A DNA stretch of 63,988 nt, the filler included, from Octopus bimaculoides (Eukaryota): NCBI RefSeq assembly GCF_001194135.2. It is 4 parts of 4 records of this genome, joined end to end, with 100 filler letters (N's around TTAATTAATTAA, not from the genome) between each part and the next. Parts side by side here need not be neighbours in the genome. Positions count along the whole stretch, not along the records: positions 1 to 25,311 come from NC_068991.1; 3 more parts are not named here. One strand, written 5' to 3'. Numbering within the stretch: the stretch's first letter is position 1; every line of letters starts with the position of its first letter. Shown piece after piece: positions 11,232 through 23,699 of this stretch. The notes beneath the pieces are model-generated. The model did not search any database and had not been told where the DNA came from. It worked only from the letters and a program-made list of their open reading frames with translations. Both the position numbers and the translations under genes were made by a program.

Positions 11232-11679
11232 TATAATCATAAATATATAGGGATTGACAGTAACCTGCTTCTCCAACATACTGAGAATTCAGAAATAGCA
11301 GCCAAAGAACTACTGATTCCAAAACTACAAATTATTACTCTAAATTGATAGCGATATTTTTGATACACACAGAACAAAAAACAGTAGAGAAGAGTAAAAA
11401 AACCACTTGCTTTTAGTTAATTTAGTACGATCGTTTCACAATTAAGAGTAAAGAATACTCTATTCTGATCTTCAGCTAAATATTCTAATAAATTTGTTAA
11501 TGTCTAAATAACTCACGTTAATTTTGACCATGCATGTTCTGTGTGTATCAAAAATATCGCTATCAATTTAGAGTAATAATTTGTAGTTTTGGAATCAGTA
11601 GTTCTTTGGCTGCTATTTCTGAATTCTCAGTATGTTGGAGAAGCAGGTTACTGTCAATCCCTATATATTTATGATTATA
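11232..11679. repeat. Perfect 145-bp inverted repeat with a 158-bp spacer
   Basis: 11232-11376 is the exact reverse complement of 11535-11679 (checked base by base). Confidence 0.95.
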
Positions 11680-12381
11680 AATGATTTTACCAAAAAGGCT
11701 TTTTCATACTGAGCTACCCGGCAAAATTGTTAATTATTAATTTTATTACTAATTGACGATTCCCTGCCCTGCATATCTACATNNNNNNNNNNNNNNNNNN
11801 NNNNNNNNNNNNNNNNNNNNNNNNNNNNNNNNNNNNNNNNNNNNNNNNNNNNNNNNNNNNNNNNNNNNNNNNNNNNNNNNNNNNNNNNNNNNNNNNNNNN
11901 NNNNNNNNNNNNNNNNNNNNNNNNNNNNNNNNATATATATATATATATATATATATACATACATACATACATATAAATACATATACAGACATATATACGC
12001 ATGTATATGCACACACAACTAGTTTCTATGTATATACATTCATACAGTGACATGCGAATAAAACACCTCGTAAATACAACATTAACACTTACAAATACAT
12101 AAATACATACATTATGCACACACACACATGCACACACACACACCCAAATGCTTAATATATATACATATATTAGTAGACACAAGATGTGATCTATTTCTAG
12201 CACATTAAATGTCCATGTGAGTGGTCAACATTATATATAAAAATACATATATATATAGATATATTCGTACATATATGTGTGTGTGAGTGCGTGTGCCTGT
12301 GTGCCTATTTGTATGTGTGTATATATATGCATATATTTATTTATGTGTATGTATGTAGACATCTATCTATCTATCTATCTA

Positions 12382-12433
<52 letters not shown>

Positions 12434-12734
12434 AACGTATAATATAATGTACACAGACACGCGTGTAAATATATATTTCAGCTTGTCTATAGATAAGCGC
12501 ACAATTAATTGATTTGCTAAGACCTCTTTATACTTTTGATCTTGTACCATACTTGCTTCTGTGTAATAACTGGAATTATTAAAGATGAAATATCGAAAGA
12601 ATTTCATTTCTTTTGTCTTAGAAATCGCCAATCGTCTTGGATTTCTTCATTTCATTCTATATTCCTCTCTCCTTCTCACGCATAAACTGTACTGTTATTA
12701 TTACTATCATCTACATCATCATTATTATTGTTGT

Positions 12735-13268
12735 TATTTCGCTTTATCAAAGGTATTGTTAGAGCTCCCTGGAGTCGTACATGCGTAGCGGCCTTGCTAC
12801 CTGCAGTCTTTATTACCATGCTATCTATTCCTTTCAACTATCTGATACTTTCTTGATTATTCTGGGCATGCCAAGGAGGCAAATCTTTTGTAACAGTTTT
12901 ACTGGGAACTCTGTTCAAATTTCCTTTATATTACCCTTGATATTTCCTGACACTTTTCCCAAGGACCCAACTATAATTGGCATTATCTTCACCCTCTTCA
13001 TTTTCCATAGCCTGGCTATTTCGTACTTAAGAATGTTGTATTTATCAATTGTTTCAACTTCCTTGTCGACAATTCGTAGGTCAAAGGGGCATGCAACATC
13101 AACCATATAGCATATGTGGTGCATCATGTCCACCACCACTAGGTCCGGTCTGTTATGCTCTAGCACATGATCTGCTTAGATTGGGAAAACCCAGAGGATT
13201 TTGCTAGTCTCCGACCCTGCCACTCTCTGCAGTGTGTGCTCATACCACATTTTGCCCCTCTGTAACCC
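12735..13268 (-). mobile_element. 5'-truncated R4/Dong copy from a different subfamily (RLE and 3' UTR)
   Basis: KWYEH..RV...SKILW...EHNRPDLVVVD..CYMVDVACPFD..KYNILKYEIARLW..IIVGSLG. TAT-rich repeats lie on both flanks. Confidence 0.85.
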
Positions 13269-13281
13269 CCTATTATTATTA

Positions 13282-13323
<42 letters not shown>

Positions 13324-13330
13324 TCATTAT

Positions 13331-13682
13331 TATTACCTCCGCCTTAACGAAGGCGGAAGTGTTGTTTTCAGTCGTGTTTGTTTGTCCGTGGGTAAGCTAT
13401 CTCAAGAACCGCTAGATAGATTCGAATGAAACTTTCAGGGATGTTTGGCCTTGTAAATGGCACGAACTGGTTGGACTTTGAGATCGGTCCTGTACCGGAC
13501 ACAGATTCTGGATTATTTTTCCGTTTTTTTAAACTTAATTTTTGAGAGCGGTCAGGTTCATTTTTAGTATTCTCGTTTGTGAGAGCCGTCGAATTTATTT
13601 CAGATATTCTCATTTTAAAAATCATCTCTAGCTAATCGTTGGGTTGCCTTGGCGGATGTTTGCGCTCTCTGGGTACTCTTGT
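13331..13682 (+). mobile_element. Helentron-associated non-autonomous element (HINE/DINE-1-like) inserted in a TAT array
   Basis: 5' TTACCTCCGCC..GGCGGAAG, internal GTTTGTTTGTCCGT and ATGAAACTTTCAGG, 3' CCTTGGCGGATGTTTGCGCTCT. Sub-terminal inverted repeat plus 3' hairpin layout, no TSD. Confidence 0.65.
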
Positions 13683-13693
13683 TATTATTACTA

Positions 13694-13776
<83 letters not shown>

Positions 13777-13795
13777 ATTATTGTTATTATTATTC
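13683..13795. repeat. Compound (TTA)n(TTG)n microsatellite
   Basis: Read directly from the sequence. Confidence 0.95.
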
Positions 13796-14368
13796 CGGAT
13801 CTTTAGCTGTTTATATTTCCACGTTCTGTAGTGGTCTTTTGTTTTCATCGGCTTTCCTCTTCACCCTTTGTGCGANNNNNNNNNNNNNNNNNNNNNNNNN
13901 NNNNNNNNNNNNNNNNNNNNNNNNNNNNNNNNNNNNNNNNNNNNNNNNNNNNNNNNNNNNNNNNNNNNNNNNNNNNNNNNNNNNNNNNNNNNNNNNNNNN
14001 NNNNNNNNNNNNNNNNNNNNNNNNNNNNNNNNNNNNNNNNNNNNNNNNNNNNNNNNNNNNNNNNNNNNNNNNNNNNNNNNNNNNNNNNNNNNNNNNNNNN
14101 NNNNNNNNNNNNNNNNNNNNNNNNNNNNNNNNNNNNNNNNNNNNNNNNNNNNNNNNNNNNNNNNNNNNNNNNNNNNNNNNNNNNNNNNNNNNNNNNNNNN
14201 NNNNNNNNNNNNNNNNNNNNNNNNNNNNNNNNNNNNNNNNNNNNNNNNNNNNNNNNNNNNNNNNNNNNNNNNNNNNNNNNNNNNNNNNNNNNNNNNNNNN
14301 NNNNNNNNNNNNNNNNNNNNNNNNNNNNNNNNNNNNNNNNNNNNNNNNNNNNNNNNNNNNNNNNNNNN

Positions 14369-14431
<63 letters not shown>

Positions 14432-14868
14432 ATTATTGTTATTATTATTCCGGATCTTTAGCTGTTTATATTTCCACGTTCTGTAGTGGTCTTTTGTTTT
14501 CATCGGCTTTCCTCTTCACCCTTTGTGCGAGTTTTCGTAAATCCTTTCCTCCTCTTCTCCCTCCTGCCCTCCTCTTCTCCCTCCTGCCCCTCCTCTTCTC
14601 CCTCCCGCTCCTCCTCTTCCTTCTTCTTCCTCCGCTTCTGTCCTCTTCCTCTTTTCCCCCCTTCTCCGCTACTCCGCCTCCTCCTCCTTGCTTTGAAGGA
14701 AACTTAGTTCCTTTTCTAGTCGGTCACACGAGCACGTAGAGGCTCTATCATTTGCTCATGTCCGAGTGGTTTCAGTAGCCCTAAGCGACTAAAAATCTGG
14801 TCTCTCGTTATTAGCATTCTGTATAGAAGGAACCTCGCTCGGCATCATTTTGCCCTTATTGTGAAGAC

Positions 14869-15095
14869 GGTGAGCTGGCGAAGGCGGCCAGCTGGCAGAA
14901 TCGTTAGCAACGCCGGGCGAAATGTTTAGCAGTATTTCGCCGGTCTTTACGTTCTGAATTCAAACTCTGCCGAGGCCGACTTTACCTTTCATCCTTTCTA
15001 CATCGATAAACTAAGTACCAGTCAAGTACTGGGATCGATGTAATCGACTATCCCCCTCACCCAAATTTCAAGCCTTGTTCAAATAGTAGAAAGTA
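14869..15095 (+). mobile_element. tRNA-derived SINE (second family)
   Basis: GAGCTGGCAGAATCGTTAG head, GAATTCAAACTC B-box-like motif, GCCGAGGCCGACTTT..CCTTTCATCC body and AAGTACCAGT..GGGATCGAT tail. Confidence 0.8.
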
Positions 15096-15993
15096 TTATT
15101 TTGTCCTCAAACATCTACAATTGTTTTTTACTGTGGCACACCTCATCCGTGTCAGATGAATTCGGGTGTTGAAAGTTAATAGACGTGACCATAGCCAGAA
15201 CATCATTTATATTACGGATGACCAACAGATGTTCAATAGACTGGATAACCTGTGATCTCGATAAGGTAGCCTTTAAACATCGATATGTTGAATTTTCCCT
15301 TATGAATCTGCTACTAATGTATCAATACTTTACCCTTATCATCCATTTCTTTCAACGCCTCTCGCTTGTTTTCCTCGATGGGAATAAGTTCAGTGATTTA
15401 GCCAAAGTATCACACAAGACAGCTACTAATGAGTAGCTCAATCATTGTTTGTGACTAAAGGACTATGAGTTATCTAACTGGACCATTGTGATATACTGTT
15501 GCTGTTATTTATTACACTAATTCATTAAGTTTTGATGATCTCAGTACCCAGATCGAATCTTTCCTTTATACGAAAATCAGCATATGCATCCAGAGAAATC
15601 GCCCTTAATTAATCGTACTATAAATTAGCTATTAGTTATTAGACAAAATCTTGATAAAAGATGGTAATATGGCTTTTATCACGGTCAGATGATTTGCTGA
15701 TTTTATGCAACATTTTCTTTTAATTACGTATTTATAATGAAAGTATTATTAATCCAATATTCTAATTTAAATGAATTAAAAACCTTTGTTTTAATATAGT
15801 TGTTTATCTCGGGAAGCACACGCACGGGCCGCAGATATCTGGAAATTACGAAAGACGGATACCGATCTTTCGGATTACCAAAAATCACAAACTTTCACTT
15901 CCGTCGTAAATAATGAATAATGAAAATTGATATGAGATTAGGATGACATTTCTATTATTTCATGGTCGACAACCATGACACACATACACACGC

Positions 15994-16048
<55 letters not shown>

Positions 16049-16421
16049 TATATATACACAGTGGTGGACCGGCCAAGTTNNNNNNNNNNCACACACACAC
16101 AAACACATATATATACACAGTGGTGGACCGGCCAAGTTGACAGCTTGCCTGATGGCAAGTGGGCCCCTGCGCCATTAGAATCCATATATGGGGCCCATGC
16201 TAGTATCTAAGGGTCCCATCCCCTCTAGTTTGAGAATTTTTTTATTCACTCCTGGAAGAATGCATTAGTTATTTTAGCCTGACTGTGTTTGTAGACAGTT
16301 CAAAAGAATACTTTTAGCAAAAAAAAAAAAGACTAAATGATAGTATTGTAGTTGCGAGTGGGCCCCCTTTGTCTCCTGGCAACCAATATTTTTAGACCCA
16401 GTCCGCCACTGTATATACATA

Positions 16422-17050
16422 ATGCAAATAAGAAGACAAAAAAGACTGAGAAACACTCACTCTAAGAGTAAACACGAAAACACAAGTATAGATATTCCAT
16501 TTGTAGTCACTCATAATCCTAAGAGCCACATCAACATATCTTCAGTCAATCGATACCTCGAAATTCTATATCAATCATCAAGTCTTCGACAAATAATTAT
16601 AACAGTCACAAATCATCAACTGTCGAAAACAACCACCAAATCTCAAGAAACTTCTAACAAAGGCGAAATTCACATTGGAGAAAGATCACAAATTAAGAAC
16701 TGTGGAGACCCTTGTTGTGGGACATGTAAAATAATTGAGCAAGGAACAATCAAAAGATTCAAGAATGGGAAGGAATTGAAAGTGGGTATTCACATGAATT
16801 GCAAAACAAAAGATCTTGCCTACTGCATTGCATACCCAGGATGCAATGAGAATTACATTGGAGAAACTGGGACAAATCTAACCAGTCGTGTAAACGTGCA
16901 TACACAACAAATTAAAGATTGATCTCTTAAAAATGTTCCACTTAGTGAACAACTAGACATTTGTACAAATGGAAAATATTTTTCTTTAACAAAATATAAG
17001 ATGAAAATGATTGACTACGAAAAACAAAAGAATACATTAAAAAAATCCGA
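16422..17050 (+). mobile_element. Penelope-like element C-terminus with GIY-YIG endonuclease
   Basis: IPFVVTHNP, a Cys-rich linker CGDPCCGTC, and NCKTKDLAYCI.YPGCNENYIGETGTNLTSRVNVH (YIGET..L..R...H). Confidence 0.85.
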
Positions 17051-17575
17051 ACCTAAACCGGAAGTGGTTAATACCATTACAAAAAATGAACTTCCGCTTT
17101 ATGAATTAACCCGGAACGCGTATATTTGAAAAGTTGAAAAACGAAATTTCTTACACACAAATATATACACTGTACACACTAAATAAAAGCTTCTTTATAG
17201 TGACATTCTATTAAATAAAAGAAATTCTTGTTAAATAGTTAATAACTTCCAAAAAGTCCTTTTCAGATTATATTTGTGTGTGTGTGTGTATGTGAATCCT
17301 CGTCTAAATATGATTAGGTTTACATGCGCTTTGAAGAGCGAGATTTGTTCTAATTGCAATAGTACAATGTAACGACAACATGCACAACATTTCTGAAGTA
17401 AATGCTAATTGTAGTAAAGATTGTTTGGCAACATAATATGGCAGTCCTGGTTTAGGACTAATGTTGCTGTAATTTAGCCCCAGGAGACATCGTCACCAGC
17501 TGGCTATACGACACGATCTGTGTCCTTATATTTTCGAACAAGGGAATCTAGCACCCCATTCAACTCAAAACAATA

Positions 17576-17620
17576 TCTGTGTATCGCGATTTCTGGGTTA
17601 TTTCCTTTCATCAGCACAGA
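17576..17620 (-). ncRNA. Minimal type I hammerhead ribozyme motif (weak stem II)
   Basis: UCUGUG-CUGAUGA-aaggaaauaaccca-GAAA-UCGCGA-UA-CACAGA: 6-bp stem I, intact core and palindromic stem III (AUCGCGAU). Confidence 0.65.
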
Positions 17621-18189
17621 ATAACTGCTCGGCTAGAGGTTACTCTTTATTACTGGCACAAAGCCTAAACACAAAGAGGACATACACAGACATGCGGGAA
17701 CAAAAAACAGATGAAAGGATGAATGTGAAATGAATAAAATTACAATGCAAATGAGACGGCCATCTTGCTCCCGCAGCGAGATGAAACCGTGGATTACTTT
17801 TTCTTTATACCTTTACATGTTACAACAATTTTTAGCCTCGCTAGAGGCGAAACTGCGACTTCCATTTTCGCTTTTACCTTACAATTATAAACATTTTAAA
17901 CAAATGTTCATACAGGATTTATTTATTTTCTTTTCCTTTTTTTAAACCAAGAAGTTGTGAATTTGTCATTTGTGACAAATATTAAAAAAAAGAAGTTTTT
18001 GTGATGGAATTCAATATTGAATCCCGAAAAGATTTTCCTGAGACGGGAAAAGGTTCAAAAACTAATAACGAGGAGATACAGGAAAAGCCAAGTTTTTCGG
18101 CTGCAGTGAGCGGTAACGTGACCGAGTTGGAGGTAAAAATGGAACAATTATTCAAGTTCCGGAATTAAATAAAAAAGAATGGCAGCGAT

Positions 18190-18500
18190 ACTAAACTATT
18201 TCCGCCCCCTGAAACGGTACAATCGATCAATGCTAGAACGGTAGTATGCAAAATCTACAACCTGAAGGAAAAGAGGATAATAGAAGCCAAGAACGAAGTG
18301 GTGGAGAGATGCTTGGTACCAATATGGAATCAGGTATGCTACGTTGGCCGTGGAACGTGAAGTGCGGCTGTCGAAGCGCAGTTCCAAACGGCTGACATAG
18401 CCAAGGAGGTGTCAACAAAGATACTAAAGAACGAGGAGATAATACTGCTACCCACATACTTGGGACGCAGAACTGCAAAAATTACGGTGGAAGAAATTTC
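18190..18500 (+). mobile_element. Possible decayed LINE ORF1 fragment inside the inverted repeat
   Basis: Reads RTVVCKIYNLKEKRII...VEAQFQTADIAKEVSTKILKNEEIILLPTYLGRRTAKITVEEI with one stop. RRM-like ORF1 pattern by resemblance only. Confidence 0.4.
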
Positions 18501-18848
18501 AAATTGCTCACTTTTTTCAGATATCAGCTGAAGAGCAAGATAGGGCTGGAGAGAAGACGACTGTCGTGAGGTGTGTCTGACAAAATATGGAAGGCTGTGG
18601 TAAGAAAGGTGGGTGCAAGTGACTCTGCTTAATCTTCATGGAAAAGGAAAAGGTATAGTCGCTGGGCTTTTCGGGCCGTCAATTCTAATAAAAAAAGTCA
18701 AATTAATTATATATCATCCAATATTTTTAAAAACTAAGTATCATACGAACTCATTATAACAATAATTGTTTGTATTGTCTTGTTTTGTCCCCTCTGTGTA
18801 CGATAATAATTATCTTAATAAAAAATTCACCTCTAGCCGAGTAATTAT

Positions 18849-18893
18849 TGTGTACTGATGAAGAGAAATAACCCAGAAATCGTGATACACAGA
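18849..18893 (+). ncRNA. Degenerate minimal hammerhead ribozyme motif
   Basis: ugugua-CUGAUGA-agagaaauaaccca-GAAA-UCGUGA-UA-cacaga; stem I register and stem II are imperfect. Confidence 0.5.
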
Positions 18894-19659
18894 TATTGTT
18901 TTGAGCTGAGTGGGGGTGATAGATTTCCTTGTTCGAAAATATAAGGACACAGATCGTGTCGTATAGCCAGCTGAAGACGATGTCTCCTAGGGCTAAATTA
19001 CAGCAACATTAGTCCTAAACCAGGACTGCCATGTTATGTTGGCAAACAATCTTTACTACAAAGTAGTGTTGCTGAATATCTCACGTTGTGAGAATTAAAA
19101 ATAGTAATTTTCTAAACGCTAATTAATGGCAAAGGACGAGAAACATACAGATTGCTACCTAGCTGCATATAAGAAAAATTAGTGGATGAGTAAAAGAAGA
19201 GAATTGCAAGTATCAGGCACTGAGTGCTATCATTCGGTATTTTCAGATTGACTCTTAATTCACTCTGACAACGTTTTCGGCTTTAATGAAAGAAAAATGT
19301 TGAGGCTCGCATGGATTTAGACATAGAATATAGAGTGATGAATAAAAATTGATGGTATCAGCTATTTAGTTCAGCTATGTTGCAATTTCATTAATTCCCC
19401 GCCTTAAACTAATTAGTGACTAATGAAATACGTATATGAATTAAACGGTGGAATAGTTAAAAACAATACAAAAAAAAAACAACAACTAATATGTGAGATT
19501 AGATGAGAAATTGCACAAATTAAATATCAAGTGATATAATATTTGATAAGCGACATAACCAGATTAAGAGCCGGAGTAGATCTGATTAGATGACGGTTTA
19601 ATCAGCTCCTAAGATGAAAAGAAATCTCCAGAAAATTAAATCGTTTTCAAGCTGAATAA

Positions 19660-22543
19660 CACTGGTCAACACGATTTTTGATGCCAAGAAACAAAACACG
19701 TTTTTAAACTAATTTGATGGGGCTGATTCTGAAAATGACCTTAGTTTTTCATGCTTAGCTACGGTTTTGCTGTACTGAAATTGCTAATTTTTGGAAAAAA
19801 TTGCTCATTTTTGAAAGAATTTACGATCTTGGCTGATCGCAAAATTTAATTAAAAAAGGTAGTAGAAACCCATGAATTTTTAGGTAGGCCAAGCAATTTA
19901 TGTCAGCCACATGAAATAAACTATTTTTATAAGAAAAAAGTGATTTTGAGTCAAAGCTTTTAATATAGAAGTAGCGAATTTTTCCAATTTCTTGCCAAAA
20001 TTCAAATTAGCTGATAAACTTTATCAGTAATACAATTTAGTAAACCTGATAATTAAAGTGACATCAAAAAAATGAAACCCTAAAATCTGTTTGATATTCA
20101 TAAATTTATCCCATCACTTTTATTCCTTCACTACAGAAGGAAACCAAACACATTAAGAGCTTTTGTTTTCACAGTTGGAAATAAACTACAACTAAAGACA
20201 CCCCAATTGAATGCACCTATTCCATTGTACATGAGGAACATCATGAAAATGGTTTCACCATAACATGTGCCTTCCACGCGGGATTACGAAGATACGAAGT
20301 AGAATCAGCGTAACGACTCTTTCCGTCTTTTATTATTGACAGTTTTACGAGTCTTTCCATAGGACATTAGGAAAGATCAAATTACCTAAATGTGAACACG
20401 CAAAGTGTAATGTAAATGCTCAACCAACTCATGTTCATTTTTAATCATAGAGATAGATATCAAATGTCATGGCTTCAACGAGAAGATGCAAAAATGATCC
20501 CAACTTATTTTGTTATATATGCGGCGAGTTCACACCGAAAGCCGACAGGAAATCGATATCTGACTTTTACGAGAAAGCCTATCGTGCTTACTTTCACGTT
20601 GAGCTTGGTGATTAGGACAAATCATAGGCCACTCACATTGTCTGCAAGACATGTTTGGAATACATGAGACAGTGGACTTTAGGTACCCGAAAATCGCTGA
20701 TATTCGCTATTCCTATGATCTGACGTGAGCCAAAGAACCACTCTGACAAATGCTACTTCTGCCCAAGTCAGTGTTGCGGGACTGAACCAAAAGAAACACA
20801 GATCTATCGACTATCCAAGTTTTCATTCTGCTATTTGACCAGTGCCGCATTCAGATTATTTGCCAATCCCAGTTTTTTACGAAGGTTTGTGGAAACTTGC
20901 TGAAAGTGACGAGTCTGACACTGATGTAACTGAGAGACACAGCGGAAACGATCCTGACTATGTTCCCGAAACCGTGCCAAAGCCGTTTAACCAAAATGAG
21001 CTGAATGATTTGGTTCGAGACTTAAATCTAAGCAAAGAATCAGCAGAACTTTTGGCCTCTGGGCTCAATGAAAAATACCTGTTAGCAAACGGCACAAAGG
21101 TAACATTCTATCGAAATATAGATGCCGAATTTGTACTATTCCTTAATGAGAACACGGAGCTTGTTCATTGCAATGACATTAAGAGCGCTCTTCTTCGACT
21201 AGGCGTCCAAAAATACGATCCTGATGAATGGAGATTGTTCATTGATAGTTCAAAATGTAGTTTGAAATGTGTTTTGCTCCATAATACCAACATGTATGCG
21301 CCAATACCTATGGGTAATTCAACAACAGATTGACATTAATGGGTGTTATGTGTTATATGGAACAGATTGACTACACCAAACATTAATGGGTGTTATGTGT
21401 CGATTTGAAAATGGTAAATTTCCTGCTTGGTCAACAAAGTGGCTACACGAATTTCCCATGTTTTGCTCTACTGTCGTAGAGTAAAAGAGAAGCATTAGAA
21501 AAGGAATGATTGGCCTCCCCGAGAGTTGAAGGTCAGTGAAAAGAACGTTATTAGTGCAGCGCTAGTTCCGAAAGAAAAAAATCATCTTCCCTCCCTTGCA
21601 TATCAAATTGGAATTAATGAAACAGTATGTAAAATCACTCGACAAAGAAAGTAAATGTTTTGAGTATATATGGAAATCGTTTCCAGGACTTAGCACCGAA
21701 AAACTCAAAGCAGGAGTATTTGATGGTCCTGATATCAGGAAACTCATTAAGGATGATGAATTTGTTAATTCAATGAATGACTTAGAATTACGCGTTTAGA
21801 TATCGCTTGTTGGTGTGGTGAAAAACGTCTTAGGCAATGGCCGGGCCGAAAACAACAAGGAGTGAGTGGAAAAGCTGTTATAAAGTCTACAGGACATAGG
21901 TGTTAATATGAGTATTAAGGTAAGGTTCATTTTTACATAGCCAACTAGATAAATTTCCTGAAAATTGCAGTGATGTGAGTGATGAACAAGGAGAAAGCTT
22001 CCATCAGGATATCGAAATAATGGAAGAGCGCTACCAGGGACAGTGGGACAAATGAATGATGGCTGACAACTACTGGATTATCAAAAGTGACTTAAATACA
22101 TTGAACATGACACAATCAAGAAAGAGAAAATTTTTACCATAGTTCTTATGTTCACGAAGGTTTTATTTCTGCTGTTACTTAATTTAATGATCTGATGAAA
22201 ATACTTGTTGGTCTTGGTATATTCTTTCAATCGTGTTAGTTTTAAAGACTTACGGTTTGATTGTTATTACGAAAATAGTATTTCTCAATAAGCAGATCAA
22301 TATTTGCTGGTTTAGATACGAATTGAGAAGTTTCTACGATTTTACTTTGAGAAATATTGCCATCGATCAATATCAACTATACAGAAAACATGAAAAATTG
22401 CTTTTTTTTTTTCAAAGATGAGACAAAAACGGTAGCTAATCAAGAAAAAGTAAGGCCATTTTCAGATTTAGCGCCCTCAAATTAGCTAAAAAAGATGTTT
22501 GGTGTCTCGACTCCATTTCTAACTTTTTTTTTGTTGACCAGTG
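19660..22543 (+). mobile_element. Complete Chapaev3-type (CMC superfamily) DNA transposon with a decayed transposase
   Basis: Termini CACTGGTCAACA...TGTTGACCAGTG, TAA on both flanks (19657-59, 22544-46) and imperfect TIRs over ~130 bp. Transposase ~20469-22142: FCYICGEF, VCKTC, CYFC, FIDSSK.SLKCVLLH, CVDLK, PPLHIKL, FDGPDIRKL, HFLHS, SDEQGESFHQD. CAC/GTG ends, a TWA TSD and these motifs fit Chapaev3. Confidence 0.85.
20469..22142 (+). pseudogene. Transposase pseudogene of the Chapaev3-type element
   Basis: Starts MASTRRCKNDPNLFCYICGEF; contains in-frame stops (LGD*DKS*) and several frameshifts. Confidence 0.85.
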
Positions 22544-22963
22544 TAATGATCAAAACGATATTGAAATCAGACAACCTGTCTTTTAACTTCTGTATTCTGC
22601 CAAATCATAAAAATCTGTCGCATAAGTACACTCACTCACACATACGTAGGCATACTCATATGTACAAACATACACAAATCTTTACAGATATACATACGTT
22701 AATTTACACACACATACACACACACACACGTACATGTATGTATATACGTGTTTATGAATGAGTTGACAGAGGAAAAAGTCCTCCGTAGAGAAATGCAGTG
22801 TAATTATGTGCTTTAGTGCTAAGATTGTTCTTTGACGCTACTAAAAGTCTCGGGAATGTCGCGATGATCATGTGACTGGATTTTGGAAGCACAAGGAAGA
22901 ATATTTATAACAAAGATAAAAAGATAATATGAGTATGGGTGGTCTTTCAAATGGAAAACGTGA

Positions 22964-23005
<42 letters not shown>

Positions 23006-23699
23006 TCACACACACACACGCTGATGGCTTGCTTTTTCATCTTAATATGATCTGGCAGATTCGAACGAGAATATAATAATCACTGTTCTTTGGAAGAGAA
23101 CTTCTTTCAGACGAATGTGTATTCATAACACGACTCATAAGCGAGACTCGGTGTTTCACCATCGTTTTGTGTTTTGACAACTAAAAGTACCTTGGACTAA
23201 GGAATCTGACAAGAGATCGTGGTTTCTGTTTATAACTTCAGCAAACAAATAATATGCTGATGCATGTTGATATCAACTGATAATAAGTCATCATATGCAC
23301 GACAAACAAGAGAATCAAAACGATAGATTGCAAGTTATATTCATTCTTGATACAAAAATGTTCTTAGTTCAAATCCTGCCGAGTTCAACTTTTCCTTTCA
23401 TCCCTTCGAAATACATACAAAATTACGAATCCATGACGGTGGATTGATTGATCTGTGTCCGACCGGATGCCGTGTGGTATTTGCTCCGGTTATTTGCATT
23501 GTGAGTTTAAATACCATCATGGCTCACGTTTTAAATCAGCCGGATGTTTTATGCTCAGATTCATATAACTATGAGTTACGATATACTCTACTGAATAGCT
23601 TTTGCTTGAAAATTGGAAGTGACAAAGCATAGTAACAATTTCTTCTTCCAATGCATATACCCCCCCCCCCNNNNNNNNNNNNNNNNNNNNNCCCCCCCC

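Larger units (their letters stand above)
17409..19061. repeat. ~232-bp inverted repeat arms (17409-17640 and 18829-19061), each with a hammerhead motif, around a ~1.19-kb interior
   Basis: The arms align as reverse complements along their length with scattered mismatches (e.g. GGACTAATGTTGCTGTAATTTAGCCC vs GGGCTAAATTACAGCAACATTAGTCC). Confidence 0.9.

Noticed and set aside
13786-14529. ~90-bp exact direct repeat (13786-13875 and 14440-14529) with the same preceding microsatellite
   Set aside because: The copies flank an N gap, the pattern of unmerged overlapping contig ends. The same applies at 16031-16137 and 53988-54059.
14530-14700. Leu/Pro/Ser-rich ORF segment
   Set aside because: Degenerate (CTC/CTT) polypyrimidine repeat.
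13644-14739. Long X-containing ORFs spanning N runs (also near 28.2, 29.4, 31.5, 33.3, 37.1, 40.2, 41.9, 60.3 and 62.6 kb)
   Set aside because: Length comes from assembly gaps.
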